Part shown: positions 54,181 to 62,494 of the stretch, piece by piece
Layout of the letters: each line of letters opens with the position of its first letter
How positions within the stretch are numbered: the stretch's first letter is position 1
Assembly: GCA_038231435.1 (NCBI GenBank)
Contig: JBBRLJ010000013.1
Span: 32,001-96,000 of the forward strand
Reading direction: 5' to 3'
DNA from: Planctomycetota bacterium
GTDB taxonomy: Bacteria; Planctomycetota; UBA11346
DNA: 64,000 nt
Notes under the pieces: model-generated
What the model saw: the letters and a program-made list of their open reading frames with translations, nothing else
Databases searched by the model: none
Told to the model about the DNA's origin: nothing
Program-made: the position numbers and the translations under genes

Positions 54181-54241
54181 CGGCGAGCTGCTGTCCAGTC
54201 GCGCCAGCTTGCCCCTGGCCCCGCCGCGCAGAACATCCGAC

Positions 54242-54922
54242 ATGGACCTGGATGCCACCGCCGCAGTCGTGCTGCTCTCGGGTGGCCAGGATTCCACCAC
54301 CTGCCTGGCGTGGGCCCGCGCGCGCTTCACGCGTGTGCTGTCGCTCGCGATCGACTACGGCCAACGCCATCGCATCGAGCTCGACGCCGCCGCCACCATC
54401 GCGCGGCTGGCAGGCGTACCGCACGCGTTGGTCCCGTGCGACAGTTTCCGCACCTTGGGCGGCAATGCGCTCACCGGCAGCGAGGCGGTCGAGGACGGGG
54501 TGCGCGAACGCAACCACCTGCCCAATACCTTCGTGCCCGGCCGCAACCTGATCTTCCTCACCCTCGCTTCGGCGTTCGCGTACCAGCGCGGCGTGGCCAA
54601 TCTGGTCACCGGCGTCTGCGAGACCGACTACAGCGGCTATCCGGACTGCCGCGAGCAGACCATGGCGGCCATGCAGGAGGCGCTGCGCCAGGGCATGGAC
54701 GCGCCCTTCGTCATCCACACCCCGCTCATGCGCTTGACCAAGGCCGATACCGTGCGCCTGGCGCGCGAACTCGGCGCGCTGCCGTTGCTCGCACACAGCC
54801 ACACCTGCTACAACGGTGCGGTGCCGCCGTGCGGGACGTGTCCGGCCTGTCAGCTGCGCGCCAAGGGTTTCGCCGAGGCCGGCGTCGCCGATCCACTGGT
54901 CGCCAGGCTCGCTGAGCGATGA
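54242..54922 (+). CDS. queC: 7-cyano-7-deazaguanine synthase
   Basis: LSGGQDSTT, YGQRH, FVPGRN, GYPDCR, CY...CGTCPAC. Confidence 0.96.
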   Translation: MDLDATAAVVLLSGGQDSTTCLAWARARFTRVLSLAIDYGQRHRIELDAAATIARLAGVPHALVPCDSFRTLGGNALTGSEAVEDGVRERNHLPNTFVPGRNLIFLTLASAFAYQRGVANLVTGVCETDYSGYPDCREQTMAAMQEALRQGMDAPFVIHTPLMRLTKADTVRLARELGALPLLAHSHTCYNGAVPPCGTCPACQLRAKGFAEAGVADPLVARLAER

Positions 54923-54996
54923 GTGGCGCTATCACCAGCGCTATCACCAACGCTATGAGCGGCAGCCGCATCGCGCGCGCGCGAACAGGGAGCGCC

Positions 54997-55929
54997 ATGC
55001 TCCGTTGCCTCCGCGCCGCCATCATCGTCATCCTGGCGCTCGCGTCGGACCGGTCGATCGGCGCCGCCGAATCGCCGCGGGGCGCACCCGCCGAGTCCAA
55101 GCCTGCTGATCCGCTCATAGGCTGCTGGAAGGCCGACGCCGCCGGAGGCGGCTTCATCCGCTTCGCTCCCGATGGCTCGTGCGGCTGGATCGAGGGCGAC
55201 GGGCCGGCGACCTTCGCCCGCGCCGTGGTCACGCCCGGGATGGTGGCCATGTCCATGATGGGCACGCGCGTGCTCGTGCCGTACACGATGAACGGTGATC
55301 GCCTGACCCTGACCAATGAAGGCCATCCGCAGGACTATCACCGCAGCGCGACCGTGCCCGCAGAGCTGGAGCCGAAGCCGTTGACGCTAGGCGCGCGGAA
55401 GCCGGTGACCGCCCAACGCACCGCTACGATCACGGCCGAACTTGCGCAGCGCGAGAAGAACGATCAGGCGGTGCGCAAGGAAGCCGCGCAGGCCGCCAAC
55501 GAAGGCGCGGTCGACACCGACAACACCGCGTACCTGACCGCACTGGTGACCGAGCTCGGCTGGATCGACGTCGAACGCTTCGGTCCCGACGCCGCGAACG
55601 CGGCCTTCCTGATCGTCCAGCACAGCGGAGATCTGTCGCTCATGCTCGCTGCCCTGCCCGGGATCGAACAGGACGTGCAGGCCAAGCGTCTCGACGCCCA
55701 GGCCTACGCCCTGCTCTACGACCGCCTGCAGCTGCGCCTCGGCGGCAAGCAGCGCTACGGCTCCCAGATCGGTACCGTCGGCCAGTCCGGCCTGTTGGTC
55801 CTCCCCCTCGAGGACCCCGACCACGTCGAAGCCCGCCGCCACGCCATCGGCCTCATGCCGCTCTCCGACTACCTGAAGTTCTTCAAGCCCCAGAACGGCG
55901 GCAAGGACGTCCCGTTCTCGGACGATTAG
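54997..55929 (+). CDS. Exported DUF6624-like protein
   Basis: DQAVR, DTDN, GW, LIVQH, YA.LYDR...QRYGSQ, RR.IGL. Confidence 0.75.
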   Translation: MLRCLRAAIIVILALASDRSIGAAESPRGAPAESKPADPLIGCWKADAAGGGFIRFAPDGSCGWIEGDGPATFARAVVTPGMVAMSMMGTRVLVPYTMNGDRLTLTNEGHPQDYHRSATVPAELEPKPLTLGARKPVTAQRTATITAELAQREKNDQAVRKEAAQAANEGAVDTDNTAYLTALVTELGWIDVERFGPDAANAAFLIVQHSGDLSLMLAALPGIEQDVQAKRLDAQAYALLYDRLQLRLGGKQRYGSQIGTVGQSGLLVLPLEDPDHVEARRHAIGLMPLSDYLKFFKPQNGGKDVPFSDD

Positions 55930-55953
55930 CCCCAGGCAACGCGCCACCCCCGA

Positions 55954-56069
55954 GCAGCGCGAAGCGCCTGCTCCCAACCTTCCCTGCTCCCTGCTTCCTG
56001 GGGGGCAGCGCGGCGTGAGGCCCCGGTCGGTAGGGGCAGCGCGATGTTGGGGGGCCGTAGCCCCCCAAC
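55954..56069. repeat. Repeat family B copy 4 (long variant)
   Basis: Core plus inserted CGTGAGGCCCCGGTCGGTAGGGGC. Confidence 0.88.
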
Positions 56070-56075
56070 CGACAG

Positions 56076-56522
56076 TCAGCGGTCCGACGTATCCGGCCCA
56101 TCGATCAACGCGATGCGCCGCGCGTGACGCTCGCCCGCGAACGGGGTCTCGAGCCAGACCCGCACGATGTCGAGCGCGACCTCGATGGTCACCATGCGCT
56201 GGCCGATGGCGATGGCGTTGGCGTTGTTGTGTTCGCGACCGAGGCGCGCGGTCTCGACGTTGAAGCAGTAGGCGCAGCGCACGCCCTTCACGCGATTGGC
56301 GACGATGGCTTCGCCGTTGCCCGAGCCGCCGAGCACGATCGCGCGCTCGCAATCGCCGCGCGCCACCGCCTCGGCCGCGGGCCTGATGAAGAGCGGGTAA
56401 TCGCAGGGTACGTCCGATGACGTGCCGAAGTCGCGCACCTTGTGGCCCGCGCCGCGCAGGTAGTCGCTGATGCGCTGCTTGTAGGCGAAGCCGGCGTGGT
56501 CGGACGCGATGGCGATGAGCAT
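56076..56522 (-). CDS. rpiB: Ribose-5-phosphate isomerase B
   Basis: IASDHAG, DYP, GGSGNGE, ANRVKGVR, REHNNAN, RH.RR. Confidence 0.93.
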   Translation of the reverse strand: MLIAIASDHAGFAYKQRISDYLRGAGHKVRDFGTSSDVPCDYPLFIRPAAEAVARGDCERAIVLGGSGNGEAIVANRVKGVRCAYCFNVETARLGREHNNANAIAIGQRMVTIEVALDIVRVWLETPFAGERHARRIALIDGPDTSDR

Positions 56523-56598
56523 GGCTAGACCCCGGGGGACGTCACGGCTGGGTGCGGCTGTCGGCATTCTCACCCTGGTGGGCAGGGCGCAACTTTCT

Positions 56599-56650
56599 GT
56601 TGGGGGGCTACGGCCCCCCAACATCGCGCTCCGCGCTGCCCCCCAGGAAG
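56599..56650. repeat. Repeat family B copy 5 (inverted)
   Basis: GTTGGGGGGCTACGGCCCCCCAACATCGCGCTCCGCGCTGCCCCCCAGG. Confidence 0.88.
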
Positions 56651-56704
56651 CCGGGGGAATGGTAGTTCAGAAACAGAGTGTAGCTATTCCTGTAGCGCAG
56701 ATCC

Positions 56705-57943
56705 CTACCAGACGTAGGCGTCGAGGAGTTGGTCGAGGGTCTGGCGGGGGCGGGCGAGGGCGACGCGGTCGCCGTCGACCACCACCTCGGCGGGGAGGGG
56801 GCGGGTGTTGTAGGTGCTGGCCATCGACATGCCGTAGGCGCCGGCGTCGCGCAGGGCGAGCAGGTCGCCGACCTGGGGCATGGGCAGGACGCGGTCACGG
56901 GCGAAGACGTCGCCGCTCTCGCAGATGTTGCCGACCACGTCGACGGTGGCAGTGGCGGCATCGGGGCGCGTGAGGTTGTCGATGCCGTGGTAGGCGCCGT
57001 ACATGGTCGGCCGGACCAGGTGGTTGAAGCCGGTGTCGCAGCCGACGTAGGTGCGTCCGGGGATGGTACGCGCGCCGTCACGCGAGTCGGGATTGGCCTT
57101 CACGCTGGTGACGGTGGTCAAGAGCGAACCGGATTCGGCGACCAGGAAGCGCCCCGGTTCGAGGCGCAACTCGAGCCGGCGTTCGCGCCGGTGCAGTTGC
57201 GCGTAGCGACCGGCGAACTCGCTCATCAGCGCGCTCGCGGCGCGACCAAGCGACGCGAGATCCATCGCCTGCTCGTCCGGGCGGTACGGGATGCCGATGC
57301 CGCCGCCGAAATCCACCCACTCCAGATGGGGCAGCTCGCGAGCCACCGCCAGGATCACTTCCATCGCGCGCACGAACGCGCTGGCATCGAGGAATCCCGA
57401 ACCGATGTGCATGTGGCAGCCGACCACGCGGATGCCGGTCTCGCGCTCGATGCGCGAGACCTCGCCCACCAGGCTGTGGTGGACGCCGAACTTGGTCATA
57501 GGGCCGCCGGTGCAGATCTTCTCGTTGGCGCCGTCGCCGATGTCGGGATTGAAACGCACCGCGCAGGTCTTGGCCCCCGCGCGCGCGAGCCTCGCCAGGC
57601 GATCGAGGCTGCCGCAGTTCACGATGACGCCCTGGCTCATGGCCAGCGCCATCTCCGGGTCGTCCATGTTGTTCTCGGTGTACACCACCAGCCGTGGGTC
57701 GACTCCGAGCTTGAGCGCGATGGCGACCTCGCCGGCCGACACCGCGTCGATGCCGAATCCCTCGGCGACGATGGCGCGCGCCACCGCCGGACAGGGGTTG
57801 GCCTTGATGGCGAAGAGCGGCTGGAACGGCTGATACGAGATGCAGCGCTTCAACGACCGCGCGCGCTCGCGCACGACCGCGAGATCGTACACGTAGAGCG
57901 GCGAGCCGAAGCGGGCGATCAGGTCGCGGGGGGTGGGGGGCAT
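56705..57943 (-). CDS. lysA: Diaminopimelate decarboxylase
   Basis: FAIKAN, HMHIGS, DFGGG, EPGR, GNICESGD, GAYG.SMAS.YN. Confidence 0.93.
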   Translation of the reverse strand: MPPTPRDLIARFGSPLYVYDLAVVRERARSLKRCISYQPFQPLFAIKANPCPAVARAIVAEGFGIDAVSAGEVAIALKLGVDPRLVVYTENNMDDPEMALAMSQGVIVNCGSLDRLARLARAGAKTCAVRFNPDIGDGANEKICTGGPMTKFGVHHSLVGEVSRIERETGIRVVGCHMHIGSGFLDASAFVRAMEVILAVARELPHLEWVDFGGGIGIPYRPDEQAMDLASLGRAASALMSEFAGRYAQLHRRERRLELRLEPGRFLVAESGSLLTTVTSVKANPDSRDGARTIPGRTYVGCDTGFNHLVRPTMYGAYHGIDNLTRPDAATATVDVVGNICESGDVFARDRVLPMPQVGDLLALRDAGAYGMSMASTYNTRPLPAEVVVDGDRVALARPRQTLDQLLDAYVW

Positions 57944-57969
57944 GGCGTCGATCGGGAGTGTGGGTGTGA

Positions 57970-58117
57970 GAGGCTAGAGGCTAGAGGCGCGAGGCCAGAG
58001 GCCAGAGGCGGGGAGGTCGGGCGGGAGGGGGCGGAGGCGGATAGCGGATGGCTGGAAGCGGACTACCGAGAGCTGGCCCGGTCTTCGGTCTTCGAGCTTC
58101 CCCCTTCTCCCTTCTCC
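57970..58117. repeat. Cluster of heptamer tandem repeats
   Basis: GAGGC(TA/CA/GC/GG) x6, GCGGA.. units, GGTCTTC x2, CCCTTCT x2. Confidence 0.75.
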
Positions 58118-58151
58118 ATCCACCCCGCCGCGGACGATCATGCTCCTCGCC

Positions 58152-59525
58152 ATGATCACCCTCGGCTTCGATGACGGCACCCTGGTGATCGACGGGCTGG
58201 GCGAGCACCTGGCGCTGGTCGAGGAGCTCTGCCGCTGGGACGCGCGCGTGTCGCGGCATCGCGCCAGCGCCATGCATTACGCCGAGATCCTGCGCCGGCT
58301 GCATGGCCGCGCCGCGTACGACGACCACGCCAAGGCCTACGCCGAGCTCGACCTGAGAGAGCTGGCGCCTCGGCCGCTGCGCGCCTATCAGCAGGTGGCC
58401 CTCGACGCGTGGCTCGCCGCCAAGAAGCGTGGCTACATCGTGCTGCCGACCGGCGCCGGCAAGAGCTACGTCGCGCTGCGGGCGATGATCGCCGCGGGCC
58501 GCTCGACCCTGGTGCTCGCGCCGACCATCGATCTGGTGCAGCAGTGGGCGCGCGATCTCGAAGAGCGGCTCGGTCGCCCGATCGGCCAGTACGGCGGCGG
58601 CGAGAAGCGCCTCGAGGACATCACCGTCGCGACCTACGATTCGGCCACGCTGTTCATGCCGCACCGCGGCGCGCGCTTCGGCCTACTCATCTGCGACGAA
58701 TGCCACCATCTGCCGGCCGCGGTCAACGCCACCGCCGCCGAATGCAGCATCGCGCCATTCCGGCTCGGACTCTCGGCGACGCCCGAGCGCGTCGACGGTT
58801 CGCACGAGCGGCTCGATCTGCTGCTCGGGCCCGAGGTGCACCGCTCGCACATCACCGAGCTCGAGGGAAACTTCCTTGCCTCGTACCAGGTCGAGGTGGT
58901 GCACGTAGCCCTCGATCCCGACGAGCAGGAGGCGTACACCGAGAACCGGCGCGAGTACCTGGCCTTCGCGCGCCGCGCCGGCGTCGACTTCGGCGCCGCC
59001 GACGGCTGGGCGAAGTTCCTGGCCTCGGCGGCGCGCGATCCGCAGGGCCGCGCCGCGATGCGCGCCTACCGTGAGCAGAAGCGGCTGTCGCGCGCCAGCC
59101 GGGCGAAGTTGCGCACGCTGTGGGATCTGCTGCGCGAACACGCCGGCGAGCGCACGCTGGTGTTCACCGAGGACAACGACACCGCGTACGAGATCGGCCG
59201 GCAGGCGATCCTGCCGGTGCTCACCCACCACACCGCGTCCGCCGAGCGCAAGGCGATGCTCGGCGCCTTCCGCGATGGCCGGCTGCCGGTGCTGGTGACC
59301 AGCAAGGTGCTCAATGAAGGCATCGACGTGCCCGAGGCCTCGGTCGGTATCGTGGTCAGCGGCTCGGGCAGCGTGCGCGAGCACGTGCAGCGCCTCGGGC
59401 GCATCCTCCGCCCGGCGGCGGGAAAAGTGGCGATGCTCTACGAGATCCTGTCGGCCGGCACCGCCGAGGCGTACACCTCCGAACGCCGGCAACGGCACGC
59501 GGCGTTCGGGCAGGAGGAGTTGTGA
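58152..59525 (+). CDS. SF2 DExH helicase, XPB/Rad25-like
   Basis: LPTGAGKS, DECHH, LSATPER, LNEGIDVP, QRLGRILR. Confidence 0.9.
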   Translation: MITLGFDDGTLVIDGLGEHLALVEELCRWDARVSRHRASAMHYAEILRRLHGRAAYDDHAKAYAELDLRELAPRPLRAYQQVALDAWLAAKKRGYIVLPTGAGKSYVALRAMIAAGRSTLVLAPTIDLVQQWARDLEERLGRPIGQYGGGEKRLEDITVATYDSATLFMPHRGARFGLLICDECHHLPAAVNATAAECSIAPFRLGLSATPERVDGSHERLDLLLGPEVHRSHITELEGNFLASYQVEVVHVALDPDEQEAYTENRREYLAFARRAGVDFGAADGWAKFLASAARDPQGRAAMRAYREQKRLSRASRAKLRTLWDLLREHAGERTLVFTEDNDTAYEIGRQAILPVLTHHTASAERKAMLGAFRDGRLPVLVTSKVLNEGIDVPEASVGIVVSGSGSVREHVQRLGRILRPAAGKVAMLYEILSAGTAEAYTSERRQRHAAFGQEEL

Positions 59526-59556
59526 CATCCAGTGGGCGCTGGCGCGAGACGGGAAT

Positions 59557-59687
59557 GTCCGTCGTCCGTCGTCCGTCGTCCGTCGTCGGGGCAACGGGCG
59601 GCGCGAGCGAGGCTCTCGTTCTACCACCAGTCGTCGTCGGACGACGGACCACGGACGGCGAACGTCCCAACGACGGCCGACGGACGG
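59557..59687. repeat. GTCCGTC x4 followed by inverted degenerate copies
   Basis: Perfect array 59557-59584; GACGACG/GACCACG/GACGGCG units from about 59640. Confidence 0.8.
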
Positions 59688-59691
59688 TCGC

Positions 59692-60975
59692 ATGCTGACC
59701 CGCGACCTGCTGCGCTGCGCCGTCGCTGACGGCAAGGTGGTGCCGAAGCTGCTCAAGGCGACGCCCGCGAACCTGGCGCTGGCCGAGCGAGTCGTCGCCT
59801 ATTGGCGCGCGGGCATCGGGCAACGGCGCGGCGAACTCGAGGACGGTCTGACCCCCGTCCTGCACCAGAGCCGCGCCTTGCAGGTGGCGCGCGGCATGAG
59901 CCGCCTGGTGCTCGACGGCTGCCGCTTCGCCGAGTCGGCCTCGGCCCATGCGCTGCGCGAGCGCGCGCTCGTGGCATCGGCGGGGCTGATGTCCGAGCCG
60001 GCCGCCACCAGCGACGCGCATCGCGCCGCGGTGGCCGCCGTGTTGGCGGTGGATCCCGAGGCCCTGCGCACCGGACTCTACGGGGATCTGCCCGATTTCG
60101 ATCTGCTCGAGGATGCGCCCGAGATTCCGCCGCGTCGGCTGATCGAGATCTACAACCTCTCGCTCTGCCAGGGGCTGCTGCTGAGTGCGCGCGCGCTGCG
60201 CGTCGAGATCGGCGACACCGATACCGGCATGCGCAGGAAGCTGCTCAAATCGCTGCGCTTCCGCCGCCTGCTCGCCGAGGTTTCCCATGCCGGCGACAGC
60301 ACGGCCGATGCCGCCGGCGGCGATGCCGATGCCGATGCCAATGCCGATAGGCGCGGGGTCCTGCGCTTGGAGATCTCAGGGCCGGCGAGCGTGCTCGATC
60401 AGGCGTCGCGCTACGGCATGCAGCTGGCGCAATTCCTGCCCGCGCTTGCGTGCGCGCGGCACTGGCGCGCCGAGGCCGAGGTGACGGTGAACGCGCGCAT
60501 CGGCGGGCGCTCGAGCGGCACGCTCGAGCTGTCGGACGCGAGCGGGCTGGTCGGCGATACCGCCTTCCTGGGTCACGTCCCCGAGGAGCTCAAGACGTTC
60601 GGTGCCGCGTTGCGCGCACGCTTCCCCGAGTGGCGATTGCAGGAGGCGCAGCTGCTGCCGCTACCCAGCGGAGAGCTGGTGGTGCCGGACCTGCAGATCG
60701 TCGTCGCCGGGCGCACCGTCGCTGTGGAGTTCTTCCACCGCTGGCATGCGTCGGCGTTGGCCCGTCGCCTTGAGCAGCTCGCGCGCGGCCTGGCTCCGCT
60801 GCTGGCGATCGGTGTCGACCGCGCGCTGGCGAAGACCTCCGCGGTGGCTCCGCTGCTGGCGTCGCCCGCGTTCGCCCGTCACGGTTTCCTGTTCAGCGAC
60901 ATCCCGGTGCCGCGCGCGCTGGCCGAGGCGGTCGAACGTCTTGCTCCGACGGGCACTCCGCCCGCGGTGGGATGA
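59692..60975 (+). CDS. DUF790-family (Bax1-like) predicted nuclease
   Basis: MLT.DLL start, LYGDL, YNLSLCQGLL, ISGPAS...RYG..LA.FLPAL, VPDL...VEFF..W. Confidence 0.85.
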   Translation: MLTRDLLRCAVADGKVVPKLLKATPANLALAERVVAYWRAGIGQRRGELEDGLTPVLHQSRALQVARGMSRLVLDGCRFAESASAHALRERALVASAGLMSEPAATSDAHRAAVAAVLAVDPEALRTGLYGDLPDFDLLEDAPEIPPRRLIEIYNLSLCQGLLLSARALRVEIGDTDTGMRRKLLKSLRFRRLLAEVSHAGDSTADAAGGDADADANADRRGVLRLEISGPASVLDQASRYGMQLAQFLPALACARHWRAEAEVTVNARIGGRSSGTLELSDASGLVGDTAFLGHVPEELKTFGAALRARFPEWRLQEAQLLPLPSGELVVPDLQIVVAGRTVAVEFFHRWHASALARRLEQLARGLAPLLAIGVDRALAKTSAVAPLLASPAFARHGFLFSDIPVPRALAEAVERLAPTGTPPAVG

Positions 60976-60999
60976 CCGACCGCCAACGGCGGGCGGGAC

Positions 61000-62241
61000 T
61001 CAACCGCTGGCGGCGGCGGGCTTGGTCAGCACCTGCTGGGTCAGCTCGGAGAGATCGCGCGCGAGCTGCGGATCGGTCTTGAGGCGCTCCTCGGCCTGGC
61101 GTATGCCATACAGCACCGTCGAGTGGTCGCGGCCGCCGACCATGCCGCCGAGAGCGTCGAGGCTGTGGCCGGTGAGCCGGCGGCCGAGCAGCAGCGCCAT
61201 CTGCCGCGCCTGCGCGATCTGGCGATGGCGGCGCTTGCCGGCGATGTCGCCGGGGCGCAGTCCGAAGCGATCGGCGACCACCTGCAGGATGCGATCGAAG
61301 CTCGCCACCTCGGGCGACGCGCCGGGCCGTTCGCCCTCGATCAGGCGTTCGGCGAGGCGCGACACGTGGTGCATGTCCGGCGCGAAGGTATCGACCATGC
61401 GCGCGAGCTCGGCGGCCTCGATGCCGTCGGCGGCCGGGCCGGCCAGGCGGCGCAGCAGGGCAAAGCGCGTCTCGCTGTGCGGCGCCTCGATCGCCACCGC
61501 CAACCCCCAGGACAGGCGCGTGACCAACCGGTCCTCGATGCCGCTCAACTTGCGCGGCGCGTGGTTTCCGGCGAAGACCAACTGCTGGCCGCGATCGAGG
61601 CAGCTGTTGATGAGGTGGAACAGCTCTTCCTGCGCGAGCTTGCGGTTGGCGAGCGCTTCGACCTGGTCGAAGACGATGACCACGGCCTCCTCGACGCGGG
61701 TGCGCAGTTCGCTGGCGCCGCGATCGGCGAGGCTCTGCGCGTCGCGCGCGACGAAGTCGGGGCCGGTGAACTCGAGCACGCCGGCATCGCCGACCGCCAG
61801 CCGGTATTCGCTCGCGATCGCCGACAGCAGGTGGGTCTTGCCGCTGCCCGCCGGCCCGTGCAGGTAGAGGGGATTGTGCTCGAGGCCGGGCGCCTCGACC
61901 GCGCGCTGGCAGGCGGCGAGCGCGAGCTGGTTGCCCGGATCCTGGAGGAAGGTGTCGAAGCGCTGCTCGCCGGCTCCGGCCGCTACCGTGGTCTCTTGGC
62001 GACAGACGAGGTTCAGCCCGAGGCCGCGCGCGCGCAGCACCCGCCGGGCGAGCTCCGCGGCGTGCTCGCGGAAGACGTCGCGCCACACCTGGTTGGGGAA
62101 CACCGCCACCACCACCTTGCCCGCGGCCGGGCGCAGGCGCATGGTCGGCAGCAGCACCTCGGCCAGCTCCGGCGGCAGCGCCGCCGCCAGTTCATGCATC
62201 AGCTCGGCGCTCGCCGCGGCGAAGCTCTCGGTGCCGGTCAT
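61000..62241 (-). CDS. DnaA-like protein (divergent)
   Basis: FDTF...GN.LA, NPLYLHGPAGSGKTHLL, QEELFH, RLVTRLSWG, domain IV GGRDHSTV. Confidence 0.85.
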   Translation of the reverse strand: MTGTESFAAASAELMHELAAALPPELAEVLLPTMRLRPAAGKVVVAVFPNQVWRDVFREHAAELARRVLRARGLGLNLVCRQETTVAAGAGEQRFDTFLQDPGNQLALAACQRAVEAPGLEHNPLYLHGPAGSGKTHLLSAIASEYRLAVGDAGVLEFTGPDFVARDAQSLADRGASELRTRVEEAVVIVFDQVEALANRKLAQEELFHLINSCLDRGQQLVFAGNHAPRKLSGIEDRLVTRLSWGLAVAIEAPHSETRFALLRRLAGPAADGIEAAELARMVDTFAPDMHHVSRLAERLIEGERPGASPEVASFDRILQVVADRFGLRPGDIAGKRRHRQIAQARQMALLLGRRLTGHSLDALGGMVGGRDHSTVLYGIRQAEERLKTDPQLARDLSELTQQVLTKPAAASG

Positions 62242-62383
62242 CAACGTGTTCCTGCCGGCGAGCCCATGGGGCCACCGATCCTAGGTACAGGGCGACGAAG
62301 CCAATGCGCAGAACCCGGTCGATGATTTGCGAAACGGGCATCGCCGCGACGATGTCCATCCGATGATGGAGCCCGGCGCGCCA

Positions 62384-62494
62384 GCGCTTCTCCAGCCCTC
62401 GCTTCCCGTTTCTACCCGGGGGGCAGCGCGGCGTGAGGCCCCGGTCGGTAGGGGCAGCGCGATGGTGGGGGGGGGGGGGCCGTAGCCCCCCAAC
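62384..62494. repeat. Repeat family B copy 6 (long variant, G13 run)
   Basis: Same insert as copy 4; the hairpin overlaps the TAG stop at 62494. Confidence 0.85.

Noticed and set aside
54242..54922. queC as part of a Dpd or QatABCD defence island
   Set aside because: It is a canonical-length QueC among housekeeping genes, with no dpdA or qat partners.
62467..62479. G13 homopolymer as a phase-variation switch
   Set aside because: It is non-coding and inside repeat B, where other copies have G6. Slippage or sequencing error is more likely.
62245..62493. Possible oriC beside the dnaA-like gene
   Set aside because: I saw no DnaA boxes or AT-rich unwinding element; the space is mostly repeat B.
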